Part shown: piece by piece, positions 9,023 to 17,211 of the stretch
Layout of the letters: each line of letters begins with the position of its first letter
Numbering within the stretch: the stretch's first letter is position 1
NCBI GenBank assembly: GCA_964553405.1
Contig: CAZKLS010000002.1
Span: 3,842-67,841, forward strand
Reading direction: 5' to 3'
DNA: 64,000 bases
Source: an uncultured Steroidobacteraceae bacterium
Lineage (GTDB): Bacteria; Pseudomonadota; Gammaproteobacteria; Steroidobacterales; Steroidobacteraceae
Program-made: the position numbers and the translations under genes
Notes under the pieces: generated by a model
The model's database searches: none
What the model was told of the DNA's origin: nothing
What the model saw: the letters and a program-made list of their open reading frames with translations, nothing else

Positions 9023-10324
9023 GTGGACGGCTGGCCCGGGCGGCTCGCGGGGCTGCTGAACGCCAGGCCTGAGGAATTCGGCGGCATGCTCGCCGCGTTC
9101 CTCTGCGCGTTCTGCATGTTCTCGAGCTATTCGATCCTCAGGCCGATTCGCGAGACCATGGGCATCACCTCGGGCGTCTCGACGCTGCCGGCGCTGTTCT
9201 GGGGCACGTTCATCGCGATGCTGGCGGTGCAGCCGATCTACGGCTGGTTGACCTCGCGCTTTCGTCGCTCGACGTTCCTGCCCTGGGTCTACCTGTTCTT
9301 CATCCTGAACATCCTCGGCTTCTACGCCTGGTTCAACGCCCAGGCCGACCACACCTGGATTGCGCGCGCCTATTTCATCTGGGTGAGCGTCTTCAACCTG
9401 TTCGTCGTCGCGGTTTTCTGGAGCCTGATGGCCGACGTGTTCAGCCGCGACCAGGCCGGCCGCCTGTTCGGCTTCATCGCCGCGGGCATCAGCCTGGGCG
9501 GGCTGTTCGGTCCGTTCCTCGGCCAGCGCCTCGCCGAGCCGCTCGGCACGATCAACCTGCTGCTCGTCTCCGCACTGCTGCTCGGCGGGTCGCTTGCATT
9601 CCTGATGCGGGTGCTGCACTGGCACCGCCGCCACGGCGAGAACGTCGCGGCAGGCGCGGACCGGGATGCACGGCTCGGCGGAACCGCGCTGGCCGCGTTC
9701 CGCCAGGTCGCGAGTTCCCCGTACCTCGCGCTGCTGGCGTTGTTCGTCCTGCTGCTGACCTGGGTGTCGACCTTTCTGTACCTCGAGCAGCAGGCGATGG
9801 TGGCCGAGGTGTTCGCCAGCCGGGACGAGCGGACTCGCTTCTTCAGCACGATCGACTTCTGGGTACAGGCGGGCTCTCTGACGACGCAGCTGCTGCTGTT
9901 CGGCCGGCTCTTTCGCTGGCTGGGCCTGCGCGCGCTGCTGGTTTCCGTGCCGCTGCTGATGGCCGCAGGCTACGCCGTGCTCGCGCTCTACCCGCAGTTC
10001 GCCGTGCTGGTCGCGGTGATGATGGTGCGTCGCATCGGCGAATACTCGATCACCCGACCGTCGCGTGACACGCTGTATACGGTGGTCTCCAGGGAGGAGC
10101 GGTACAAGGCCAAGAGCCTGATCGACACGTTCGTCTACCGGGGCGGCGATGCCACCGCTGCATCGCTGCACGCACTGCTGAAGACGATCGGACTCGGAGT
10201 CTCGGGTATCGCCTGGTTCGGCGCCGCGATCGCCGGCGCCTGGGCCGTCGTGGCCTGGACGCTGGGGACCCGGGGCGCCGCGCTCAGGAGCAGGCTCAGC
10301 CCTCCACCTCGAAGCGGATCGTGA
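9023..10324 (+). CDS. 12-TM transporter, MFS / ATP:ADP-antiporter (TLC/Npt)-like family
   Basis: The N-terminal FSSYSILRPIRETMGI motif resembles TLC/Npt-type carriers, and the protein is polytopic throughout. The start is uncertain: GTG 9023, ATG 9086 or TTG 8972. Confidence 0.55.
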   Translation: MDGWPGRLAGLLNARPEEFGGMLAAFLCAFCMFSSYSILRPIRETMGITSGVSTLPALFWGTFIAMLAVQPIYGWLTSRFRRSTFLPWVYLFFILNILGFYAWFNAQADHTWIARAYFIWVSVFNLFVVAVFWSLMADVFSRDQAGRLFGFIAAGISLGGLFGPFLGQRLAEPLGTINLLLVSALLLGGSLAFLMRVLHWHRRHGENVAAGADRDARLGGTALAAFRQVASSPYLALLALFVLLLTWVSTFLYLEQQAMVAEVFASRDERTRFFSTIDFWVQAGSLTTQLLLFGRLFRWLGLRALLVSVPLLMAAGYAVLALYPQFAVLVAVMMVRRIGEYSITRPSRDTLYTVVSREERYKAKSLIDTFVYRGGDATAASLHALLKTIGLGVSGIAWFGAAIAGAWAVVAWTLGTRGAALRSRLSPPPRSGS

Positions 10325-11900
10325 TGGCCGAGCGCTGCTGGACGGGTCTGCCGTTCACCGCACGGGGTCGAAAACGCCAGGAGGCGACTGCCTCGATCGC
10401 GGCGCGCTCGAACACTCCGGCAGGCCGTGAATCGAGGACCAGGACGTCGCCGACTGCGCCGGTCTCGGTCACCGTGAACTCCATTTGCACCCAGCCCTCG
10501 ACCCCGTCCCTCAACGCCTGCGGCGGATAGACGGGATCGGGAGCGTACAGGCGCTCGAGCTCACCCACTGCCTGCAACGGGGTCGCGATCTCGAACCCGC
10601 GGGCCTGCGTGGCCGCCGCTGCTGCAGTGCCGGCTTCAGCAGGGGCCGGAGGTTCGTCGTCGATGCCGGCGGTCGGGTGGCCCGAGCTGATCGGTCCGCC
10701 GAAGCTGCCCGGCCCCTGCATCGGCACGGCCAGTGGGCGCGGCGGTGGCCGGTCGGCACGCTGCGTCGGCGCCGGCCGCAGCGGGTCCGGGCGGACCACC
10801 GGGGGCTCGCGGGTCTGCCAGGCCGCGGGGGCGCCGGGATCGGCGACCGGCGGAGCCTGCGTGCCGGGCGCAGCGACGAACGGTGTCGGCGTGTCGCCGG
10901 CGCCTGCCGGCGCGGTCGGTGGACCCGGTGCCGCAACCTGTGGCGCGGCCGCCGGCGGGTCGTCCAGCGCGGGGCCACGAGGCGCGAGCTCGGCTGCGGC
11001 GCGCAGCGCCTCCTGGTGATCAGGCGCCGCTGCCAGCACCCGGTTCACGAGCCGTTTCGCTTCGTCGGCGTCGCCGCCGGCGCGTCGTTGCTCCGCCTGG
11101 CCGAGGATCGCGGCGATGCTCTTCTGCAGGCCGTCGCGTGCCTCCTGGTTGTCGGGCCGGGCGAGCAGCACCGCGTAGTACAGGTCGAGGGCGTTCCTGC
11201 CGGGCGGTGACTCGTAGCGCTTCGCCGCCAGCGCTGCCCGGGCACTGGCGAGCACCGGGTCGGCCGTGCGTGGTGCGACCACGGTCGCCTCCGGGGACGG
11301 ACCCGGCGCCGGCGTCCGGGCGACGAAGAACTCGCTACGATTGACCAGCAGGGCGATCACGGCCAACAGGACCGCGAGGCCGACGGCAAGCAGGGCCCGG
11401 CGGACCCGACCGGTCGGGGCGGCGAGCCCCGGCCCGAGTGGCAGCAGCGATTCCCCCGGTGGTTCCTCGCTCTGCGCGACGTAGTGGCGCACCGCTGCGT
11501 TCAGGAACATCCCGGCTCGCTTCGGCGACAAGGGCTTGTGCATGAAGCGGTAGACGAGGCCGTCGCTGATCAGCCGTGCGAGCAGGCTCTCGTCGTCCTT
11601 GCGGCCGGCGACCAGCGTCACGACGTCGGGGAACTGGTCCCTGATCTGCTCGATCAACGAGCCAGGGTTGGTGGATACCGAAGCCATGTCCACCAGCAGC
11701 ACGCCGCAGCGTCCGGTCAGCAGCAGGTCCACCGCTTCCTCGGCCGAGCGCGCCCGCCAGACCGGATTGCGCTCGCCGACCGCGTCCCGGATCGACTGGA
11801 ACAACCCGGCGTCGGGCGAGAGGACCACGACGTCGACCAGTGCGCCCGACACCGGTCGTACGCCTGTCCTGGTCTGGAGTAGCAGATGCTGCGTGGCCAC
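10296..11900 (-). CDS. Chimeric envelope protein: CheY-like receiver domain, single TM, TPR-like region, proline-rich spacer, TonB C-terminal domain
   Basis: REC-like block: DVVVLSPD...VLLVDM...TLVAG...FMHKPL. TM: ALLAVGLAVLLAVIALLV. A long P/A-rich spacer follows. C-terminus: YPPQALRDGVEGWVQMEFTVTETGAVGDVLVLDS...RFRP (TonB_C). Start is GTG 11900 (alternative GTG 11852). The region upstream to 12209 looks non-coding (ttt gaa tta cct cag gtt ttt). Confidence 0.65.
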   Translation of the reverse strand: MATQHLLLQTRTGVRPVSGALVDVVVLSPDAGLFQSIRDAVGERNPVWRARSAEEAVDLLLTGRCGVLLVDMASVSTNPGSLIEQIRDQFPDVVTLVAGRKDDESLLARLISDGLVYRFMHKPLSPKRAGMFLNAAVRHYVAQSEEPPGESLLPLGPGLAAPTGRVRRALLAVGLAVLLAVIALLVNRSEFFVARTPAPGPSPEATVVAPRTADPVLASARAALAAKRYESPPGRNALDLYYAVLLARPDNQEARDGLQKSIAAILGQAEQRRAGGDADEAKRLVNRVLAAAPDHQEALRAAAELAPRGPALDDPPAAAPQVAAPGPPTAPAGAGDTPTPFVAAPGTQAPPVADPGAPAAWQTREPPVVRPDPLRPAPTQRADRPPPRPLAVPMQGPGSFGGPISSGHPTAGIDDEPPAPAEAGTAAAAATQARGFEIATPLQAVGELERLYAPDPVYPPQALRDGVEGWVQMEFTVTETGAVGDVLVLDSRPAGVFERAAIEAVASWRFRPRAVNGRPVQQRSAITIRFEVEG

Positions 11901-12196
11901 TGATGCCCCGGGTCTGTCCTGAGTTGCCGGTCCGCTGAACGACACCGGCAGCGACCCGGCCGGGCTCCGGCCCGGGCTGCGAACTCGAAACCGGATTGCG
12001 CACCACCGCTGCGTCGCCGTCCACTTCCAGTCGTGAAAAACCTGAGGTAATTCAAAGTTCCGGGCCGATCCAGCGGGTCCGCCGGCGGGTCTGCCGCAGT
12101 GGCGATACCCGCCCTCGCGCTCGACAGCGTTCACCCGCTGCTTCATGATTCCGGCCGGACCCGGAGAAGGCCGGTTGACCGGTCCGGTGTGGCGGT

Positions 12197-12643
12197 ATGG
12201 GGGAAGCAATTACCTTTACTTCGCGAGTGGCGCGCGATCACCGCTCGGCCCTCGAGCGCCTGTTGTTCTTCAACGGCTGCCAGTCGCGCTTCGCGCACCA
12301 GATCGCCCATGCGATCGACCGCTACGGCCCGCCGGAAATACGCGAGCAGGAGGGTTGGTTGCGCGTCAGCGTAGGCGGCCACGGCGACGTGCAGTCGCTG
12401 TTCGCGGTCGAGCCGGAGACCGGACGACCCATCGGCGTGGCGGTCTACATGCGCTCCGACGTCGAGCATGTCACGGTGCTTCACCTCGGACTCAGCGAGG
12501 AGTACTGCGCGGGCGGCAGGCGCGCTGAGGCCCGGCTGCTGCTGCGGCTGATGAAGGAGATCCGCCGCTCCTCACGGCGGGTAAAGGGCGTGCGCAGGCT
12601 GCAGGTCGCCTACGGCGCGCAGCGCTCCCGCGCGCTGCCGTGA
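12197..12643 (+). CDS. Hypothetical protein (weak GNAT-like C-terminal pattern)
   Basis: 148-aa ORF with coding-like GC3. No family recognised with confidence. Confidence 0.5.
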   Translation: MGEAITFTSRVARDHRSALERLLFFNGCQSRFAHQIAHAIDRYGPPEIREQEGWLRVSVGGHGDVQSLFAVEPETGRPIGVAVYMRSDVEHVTVLHLGLSEEYCAGGRRAEARLLLRLMKEIRRSSRRVKGVRRLQVAYGAQRSRALP

Positions 12644-12644
12644 G

Positions 12645-13700
12645 TCAGCGCTGCTCGCCGAGCAGGTCGGCGATCATCTGCCTGAGGCCCGCTATCTGCG
12701 CACCGCGTTTGAGTGCGTAGTCCTCGCCCTCGTAGCCCCACCAGTCCCAGCAGCCATTCGGGTTGAGCGGCTGGTAGCTCGGTGCGAGCTGCGGGAACAG
12801 CAGCACGATCGAGTTCGCCGCGGCCGTCTCCAGGTAACCCGCCGACTCCACGAACTCGCGACCGATCTCGGTGGCGCCCTGCTTGCAGCCATGGAACACG
12901 ACGTGCAGGCGGCAGCGGGCGGTTGCCCCGGCCCGGCAGTCCTCGGGCACGAACAGCCAACCCTGCTCCGCGAAAGCCCGGCTCGACGCGACTTCGGCGT
13001 ACGGTCGCTGGTCGAACGCACGCAGCTCCCCGGCAGGGTCGTTTCCGCCGTCCGCCTGCAGCGGGCCGTACAGCTGCCCGAGCAGCGCCCGTGCAGCGTC
13101 GAAGCCGCAGTTGCCCAGGTACGGCGACTCGGTCAGCCCGCACGCCCGGCCCTTGCCGACCGTCGGGAAGGTATGGCCGGTGGCGCTGCGTTCCACGCGC
13201 AGCACGTTCTCCGGTCGCACCAGGGTCTCGTAATACGCCTGCAACGCATCGACGACCGTCGTTGCGACGACTTCGTCGTCGGCGCCATGGAAGATCCAGA
13301 CCCGGTCGTCGACCAGTCCGGCGATCGGATCGATCTCCCCGTTCAACGCCATGTGGCTCGTGATTTCCAGCAGCCGGTCGGTCGGGATTCCCTCGCCGTC
13401 CTTCATGCAGCGTCCGAGCGCGAGCCGCAGCGAATTCTCCGCGCAGTAGTACGGGCCTGCCGCCAGTACGCCGGCGCCACCGACCAGGTCGGAGTAGGCG
13501 ACGTGAAATTGCACGGCCATGTAGCCTCCCGCCGAAATGCCGGAGACCGTGACCGATTCCGGATCGATCGGGAGTCGCGGCAGGCGATCGGGCTCGCTGC
13601 GTTCGCCGCAGCCGGCAATCGCGAGCAGCAACGCCAGCGCGGCGGCGTGCGCCATGCCGGGCCGGCCCGACGGCAGGCCTGGAGCGGATTCCTGAGACAT
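12645..13700 (-). CDS. PHB-depolymerase-family esterase (secreted/lipoprotein)
   Basis: Lipobox LLLAIAGC. Nucleophile elbow VSGISAGGYMAVQFHVAY plus AAGPYYC is typical of esterase_phb-type enzymes. Alternative start at 13655. Confidence 0.7.
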   Translation of the reverse strand: MSQESAPGLPSGRPGMAHAAALALLLAIAGCGERSEPDRLPRLPIDPESVTVSGISAGGYMAVQFHVAYSDLVGGAGVLAAGPYYCAENSLRLALGRCMKDGEGIPTDRLLEITSHMALNGEIDPIAGLVDDRVWIFHGADDEVVATTVVDALQAYYETLVRPENVLRVERSATGHTFPTVGKGRACGLTESPYLGNCGFDAARALLGQLYGPLQADGGNDPAGELRAFDQRPYAEVASSRAFAEQGWLFVPEDCRAGATARCRLHVVFHGCKQGATEIGREFVESAGYLETAAANSIVLLFPQLAPSYQPLNPNGCWDWWGYEGEDYALKRGAQIAGLRQMIADLLGEQR

Positions 13701-13743
13701 CCGGCAAGCATCTCTCAGTTTCGTGCTGATAGGCTAGTCGACG

Positions 13744-14715
13744 ATGCGCGGCCGCCAATCCGCGACCTCTCAGCAGAAACGACCCGGGTCTCCGGCAGCC
13801 GTCGTGGGACGGGCTGTTCTTGCGGCGCTCTGCGCGGCGAGCGTGCTGGCCGTGATGTCGCCGCTCGGGTGGCCGTTCGAGCTGTTCGTGCACTTCCGGC
13901 CGCAGTACGCGGTTGCATCGGTGCTGGTCGCGGTGCTGCTGGCGGGGCTCGGGCACCGGCGGCCGGCGGCGGTCGCGCTGATGCTGGCCGTGCTCCATGC
14001 CTGGCCGGTGGTGCCGAGCTCGCAGGCCGGTGCAGCGCGCGTCGCCTGCGACGGACCGGCGCTCACGGTCGCTACCGTGAACCTCTGGTTCCGGAACCCC
14101 GACCCGGCGGCCTTCGTGTCCTGGCTCGCCTCCGAGCCTGCGGACCTGGTGATACTGCAGGAGGTCACCGACGAATGGGCGAGCGCGCTGGTCGCGCTGG
14201 CCGCCGATTACCCGCACCAGTGGCTGCTTCCGCGCCAGGATCCGTACGGCATCGGTGTGATCAGCCGGCACGCGCTCAACGTCGCCAGCGCCGATCTTGC
14301 CGGGGACGGCCTGCCGTCGCTGACCGGCACCATCGAAATCGAGGATCGCGAACTGCGCTTCATCGGACTGCACACTCGCTGGCCCGTGTTGCCCGGGCTC
14401 GCCCGTCAGCGCGACGCGGCGCTCATCAACGCGGCCGATGCGCTGCGTGCCCGCGACACGCCGGCCGTCCTGCTCGGCGACCTGAACCTGAGTCCCTATG
14501 CGCCGCGATACGAGCAGCTGCTGGATCGCGGCGGACTGCAGGATGTGCTGCCGCGTCGTGCCTGGCACCCGACCTGGATGGCGGGCTTCTGGCCGCTTGC
14601 GCTGCGCATCGACCACCTGCTGGTTTCGGACGGACTGTGCGTCGAGGAGGCGGGCGTCGGGCCCGACGTCGGCTCGGACCATCGTCCCGTGATCTCGCGC
14701 CTCAGGCTGCGCTGA
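13744..14715 (+). CDS. Endonuclease/exonuclease/phosphatase (EEP) family protein with N-terminal TM segments
   Basis: TVATVNLWFRN..., LILQEV, GDLNLSPY, C-terminal GSDHRPV. Confidence 0.7.
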   Translation: MRGRQSATSQQKRPGSPAAVVGRAVLAALCAASVLAVMSPLGWPFELFVHFRPQYAVASVLVAVLLAGLGHRRPAAVALMLAVLHAWPVVPSSQAGAARVACDGPALTVATVNLWFRNPDPAAFVSWLASEPADLVILQEVTDEWASALVALAADYPHQWLLPRQDPYGIGVISRHALNVASADLAGDGLPSLTGTIEIEDRELRFIGLHTRWPVLPGLARQRDAALINAADALRARDTPAVLLGDLNLSPYAPRYEQLLDRGGLQDVLPRRAWHPTWMAGFWPLALRIDHLLVSDGLCVEEAGVGPDVGSDHRPVISRLRLR

Positions 14716-14767
14716 CCCGCCATCCGGCCGCCACCGCAGATCCGGCGCGAACGGGCCGGCGATCAGC

Positions 14768-15691
14768 TCAGCCCGGTCCGAGCGTCTCGCCGGTCGGGGC
14801 TTCGAATTCCTGGCAGCACTCCAGCAGCCAGGTCCGGAATCGAACCACTTTCGGCAGCGAGAAATGCTCCGGGGGCGCGACCAGGTACCAGGCCCGCCGC
14901 TGCTGAACGCTGGGCAGCATCGGCCGAACCAGCCGCCCGGCGGCGAGCTCCGAAGCCACCAGCGACCATCGGGCCAGCGCCACCCCTGCACCCTGCTCGA
15001 CGGCCGCGAGCGCCGCCGAGGAGTCCTCGAGCTGCGGAATCGTCTCGGCGCGGGTCGTATCGCCTCCGACCCGCCTCAACCAGTCCACCCAGGGCTCGGA
15101 GCGGCTGTGGATCAACGGGTATCGCGAGAAATCCGACAGCGTCTGTATCGGACCGAGCTTCGACAGCAGTGCGGGGCTGCAGACCGGGAAGACCCACTCG
15201 TCGAGCAGGCGTTCGGCCTTCAGGCCCGGCCACGGGCCCAGGCCATAGATGATGGCCGCGTGGAAATCATCCCGGCTGAAGTCGAGCTCCGCCCGGGGCG
15301 GGCCGAAGCGCACCTCGATCTCCGGATGACGCCGGGTGAACTCGCCCAGGCGGGGCAGCAGCCAGCGCTGCAGGAACTCGCTCGGGACGCTCAGGTTCAG
15401 CAACCCGCCAACGCGTTCCCGGCGCAGCCGGTCCACGGCCCGGCGCAGCTCGTCGAGTCCCCGGGCGACGCCAGGCAGCAGTTCTGCTCCCTCCTGTGTG
15501 AGGGCGACGGCACGCGTGTGCCGGCGGAACAGCGGTACACCGATGTCCGCTTCGAGCGCCTTGACCTGGGCGCTCACGGCCGCCGTCGTGACGCCGAGTT
15601 CCTTCGCAGCCGCGGTGAAGCTCAGGTGCGTCGCGACCGCTTCGAATACCCGCAGGGCATTGAGTGGCAGGCGATCCGGCTGGCCGGACAT
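14768..15691 (-). CDS. LysR-family transcriptional regulator (GcvA-like)
   Basis: LNALRVFEAVATHLSFTAAAKELGVTTAAVSAQVKALE is the HTH. Start taken at MSGQPDRLP (15691). Confidence 0.85.
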   Translation of the reverse strand: MSGQPDRLPLNALRVFEAVATHLSFTAAAKELGVTTAAVSAQVKALEADIGVPLFRRHTRAVALTQEGAELLPGVARGLDELRRAVDRLRRERVGGLLNLSVPSEFLQRWLLPRLGEFTRRHPEIEVRFGPPRAELDFSRDDFHAAIIYGLGPWPGLKAERLLDEWVFPVCSPALLSKLGPIQTLSDFSRYPLIHSRSEPWVDWLRRVGGDTTRAETIPQLEDSSAALAAVEQGAGVALARWSLVASELAAGRLVRPMLPSVQQRRAWYLVAPPEHFSLPKVVRFRTWLLECCQEFEAPTGETLGPG

Positions 15692-15859
15692 GTCACGGGC
15701 CTCGTGTAAACAATTCGTTAACAATAAGATGAAATTCTCTTGCCAGCAAGCTATCTGCGTCGCGACTTATCCAGTCAATCTGAAGAAACCGACGCGCTGC
15801 GCAAGCCTGAAACCAGCCCGTGCCCGCGGTCGAACAGGCGGGTATCGGGAGATGAAATC

Positions 15860-16384
15860 ATGCTTGTTAGTCGCCTGGTCGGCGCTGCTTCGGGCCTGTT
15901 GATGCTGGTCGCCTGCTCGTCCTCACCCTCGATTCCCACGGCCAGCCAGGTCGACCTGGATCGCTTCATGGGCGACTGGTACGTGATCGCGAACATCCCC
16001 ACCTTCCTCGAGAAAGGCGCCCATAACGCCGTCGAGTCGTACCGGCTCGATCCGGACGGCAGCATCGCGACCACGTTCACCTTCCGCCAGGACGCCTTCG
16101 ACGGGCCCGAGAAGGTGATGCATCCCCGCGGGTTCGTCCGGGATCGGGAATCCAATGCGGTGTGGGGGATGCAGTTCGTCTGGCCCATCAAGGCCGAATA
16201 CCTGGTCGCATACGTGGACGAGGACTACACCGAGACGATCATCGCGCGCAGCGCCCGCGACTACGTCTGGATCATGGCGCGCGAGCCCGAGATCTCCGCT
16301 GCGGACTACGCGCGGCTCGCCCGGCGCGTGGCGGATCTCGGTTACGATGTGAGCAAGTTGCAGAGGGTTCCGCAGCGCTGGTGA
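15860..16384 (+). CDS. blc: Outer-membrane lipocalin (Blc-like lipoprotein)
   Basis: MLVSRLVGAASGLLMLVACSS lipobox, then DLDRFMGDWYVIANIP lipocalin signature. Confidence 0.8.
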   Translation: MLVSRLVGAASGLLMLVACSSSPSIPTASQVDLDRFMGDWYVIANIPTFLEKGAHNAVESYRLDPDGSIATTFTFRQDAFDGPEKVMHPRGFVRDRESNAVWGMQFVWPIKAEYLVAYVDEDYTETIIARSARDYVWIMAREPEISAADYARLARRVADLGYDVSKLQRVPQRW

Positions 16385-16440
16385 ACTTCGCTGCGTAACG
16401 CCCGCTGATCACGAGCCGCCCGGTTTCGGCGGCGCAACTA

Positions 16441-16462
16441 CGACCGGCCGGCCGGCCGGTCG
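16441..16462. repeat. Perfect 22-bp GC palindrome in the dodecin 5' leader
   Basis: CGACCGGCCGGCCGGCCGGTCG equals its own reverse complement. It lies 22 nt upstream of the dodecin ATG and just before the GAGGAGG RBS. Confidence 0.6.
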
Positions 16463-16483
16463 GTCAGACTGAGGAGGCCAATC

Positions 16484-16693
16484 ATGTCCGTCGCCAAGAT
16501 TACAGAGATCACCGCCACGTCGAAGAAGAGCTTTGCCGACGCGGTCGAGAGCGGCGTCAAGCGCGCCAGCAAGACGATCCACGGCATCACCGGCGCGTGG
16601 GTCGCCGACCAGGAAGTGGCGGTCAAGGGCGGCAAGGTGACCGAGTACAAGGTCAGGCTGAAGCTGACCTTCGTGCTGGACGACAAGTCCTGA
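16484..16693 (+). CDS. Dodecin-family flavin-binding protein
   Basis: MSVAKITEITATSKKSFADAVESGVKRASKTIHGITGAWV..., 69 aa, with a GAGGAGG RBS upstream. Confidence 0.8.
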   Translation: MSVAKITEITATSKKSFADAVESGVKRASKTIHGITGAWVADQEVAVKGGKVTEYKVRLKLTFVLDDKS

Positions 16694-16730
16694 ACACGGC
16701 GCGGGCGCCGGGCGAGGAGGTTTCGATCAC

Positions 16731-17201
16731 ATGACGTTCAACCAGGCCACCGTTGCCGTGGCAGCCTGCCTGCTGGTCGCTGCGGCGGTCGCCGACGGCC
16801 CCTCCCCGGCGAGCATCTCGCCCGAGGCGCTCAGCGAGCGCCAGTCGCAGGGCGAGCAGGCGCCGTTCGTGCTCGACGTGCGCAGCCCGGAGGAATTCGT
16901 GACCGGGCACGTCCCGGGCGCCGTCAACATTCCGTTCGACCAGGTCGCCGGCCGGCTCGCCGAGATCCCGAAGGACCAGGACCTGGTGCTCTACTGCCGC
17001 AGTGGCCGGCGAGCCAGTATCGCGGCCGATGTGCTGGTGGCCAACGGCTACGCCGCGCCGTCGTTGCTCGAAGGCGACATGGCCGGTTGGCAGCGGGCCG
17101 ACCTGCCCGTCGAGCGCCCTGCGGATGCGGCGGCCTGTGTCGCTGCACTGCAGGCCGCCCGCGGCGCAGCGGAGGCCTGCGCTCCCCCGGCCGTCCGCTG
17201 A
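16731..17201 (+). CDS. Rhodanese-domain sulfurtransferase with signal peptide
   Basis: VLDVRSPEEFVTGHVPGAVNIP...LVLYCRSGRRAS (active-site Cys loop). Confidence 0.8.
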   Translation: MTFNQATVAVAACLLVAAAVADGPSPASISPEALSERQSQGEQAPFVLDVRSPEEFVTGHVPGAVNIPFDQVAGRLAEIPKDQDLVLYCRSGRRASIAADVLVANGYAAPSLLEGDMAGWQRADLPVERPADAAACVAALQAARGAAEACAPPAVR

Positions 17202-17211
17202 AGCGCTGCGC

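Noticed and set aside
12610-14991. 793-aa minus-strand and 671-aa plus-strand ORFs over the esterase/EEP/LysR region
   Set aside because: Both are shadow ORFs that overlap three genes with recognisable catalytic or HTH motifs in other frames.
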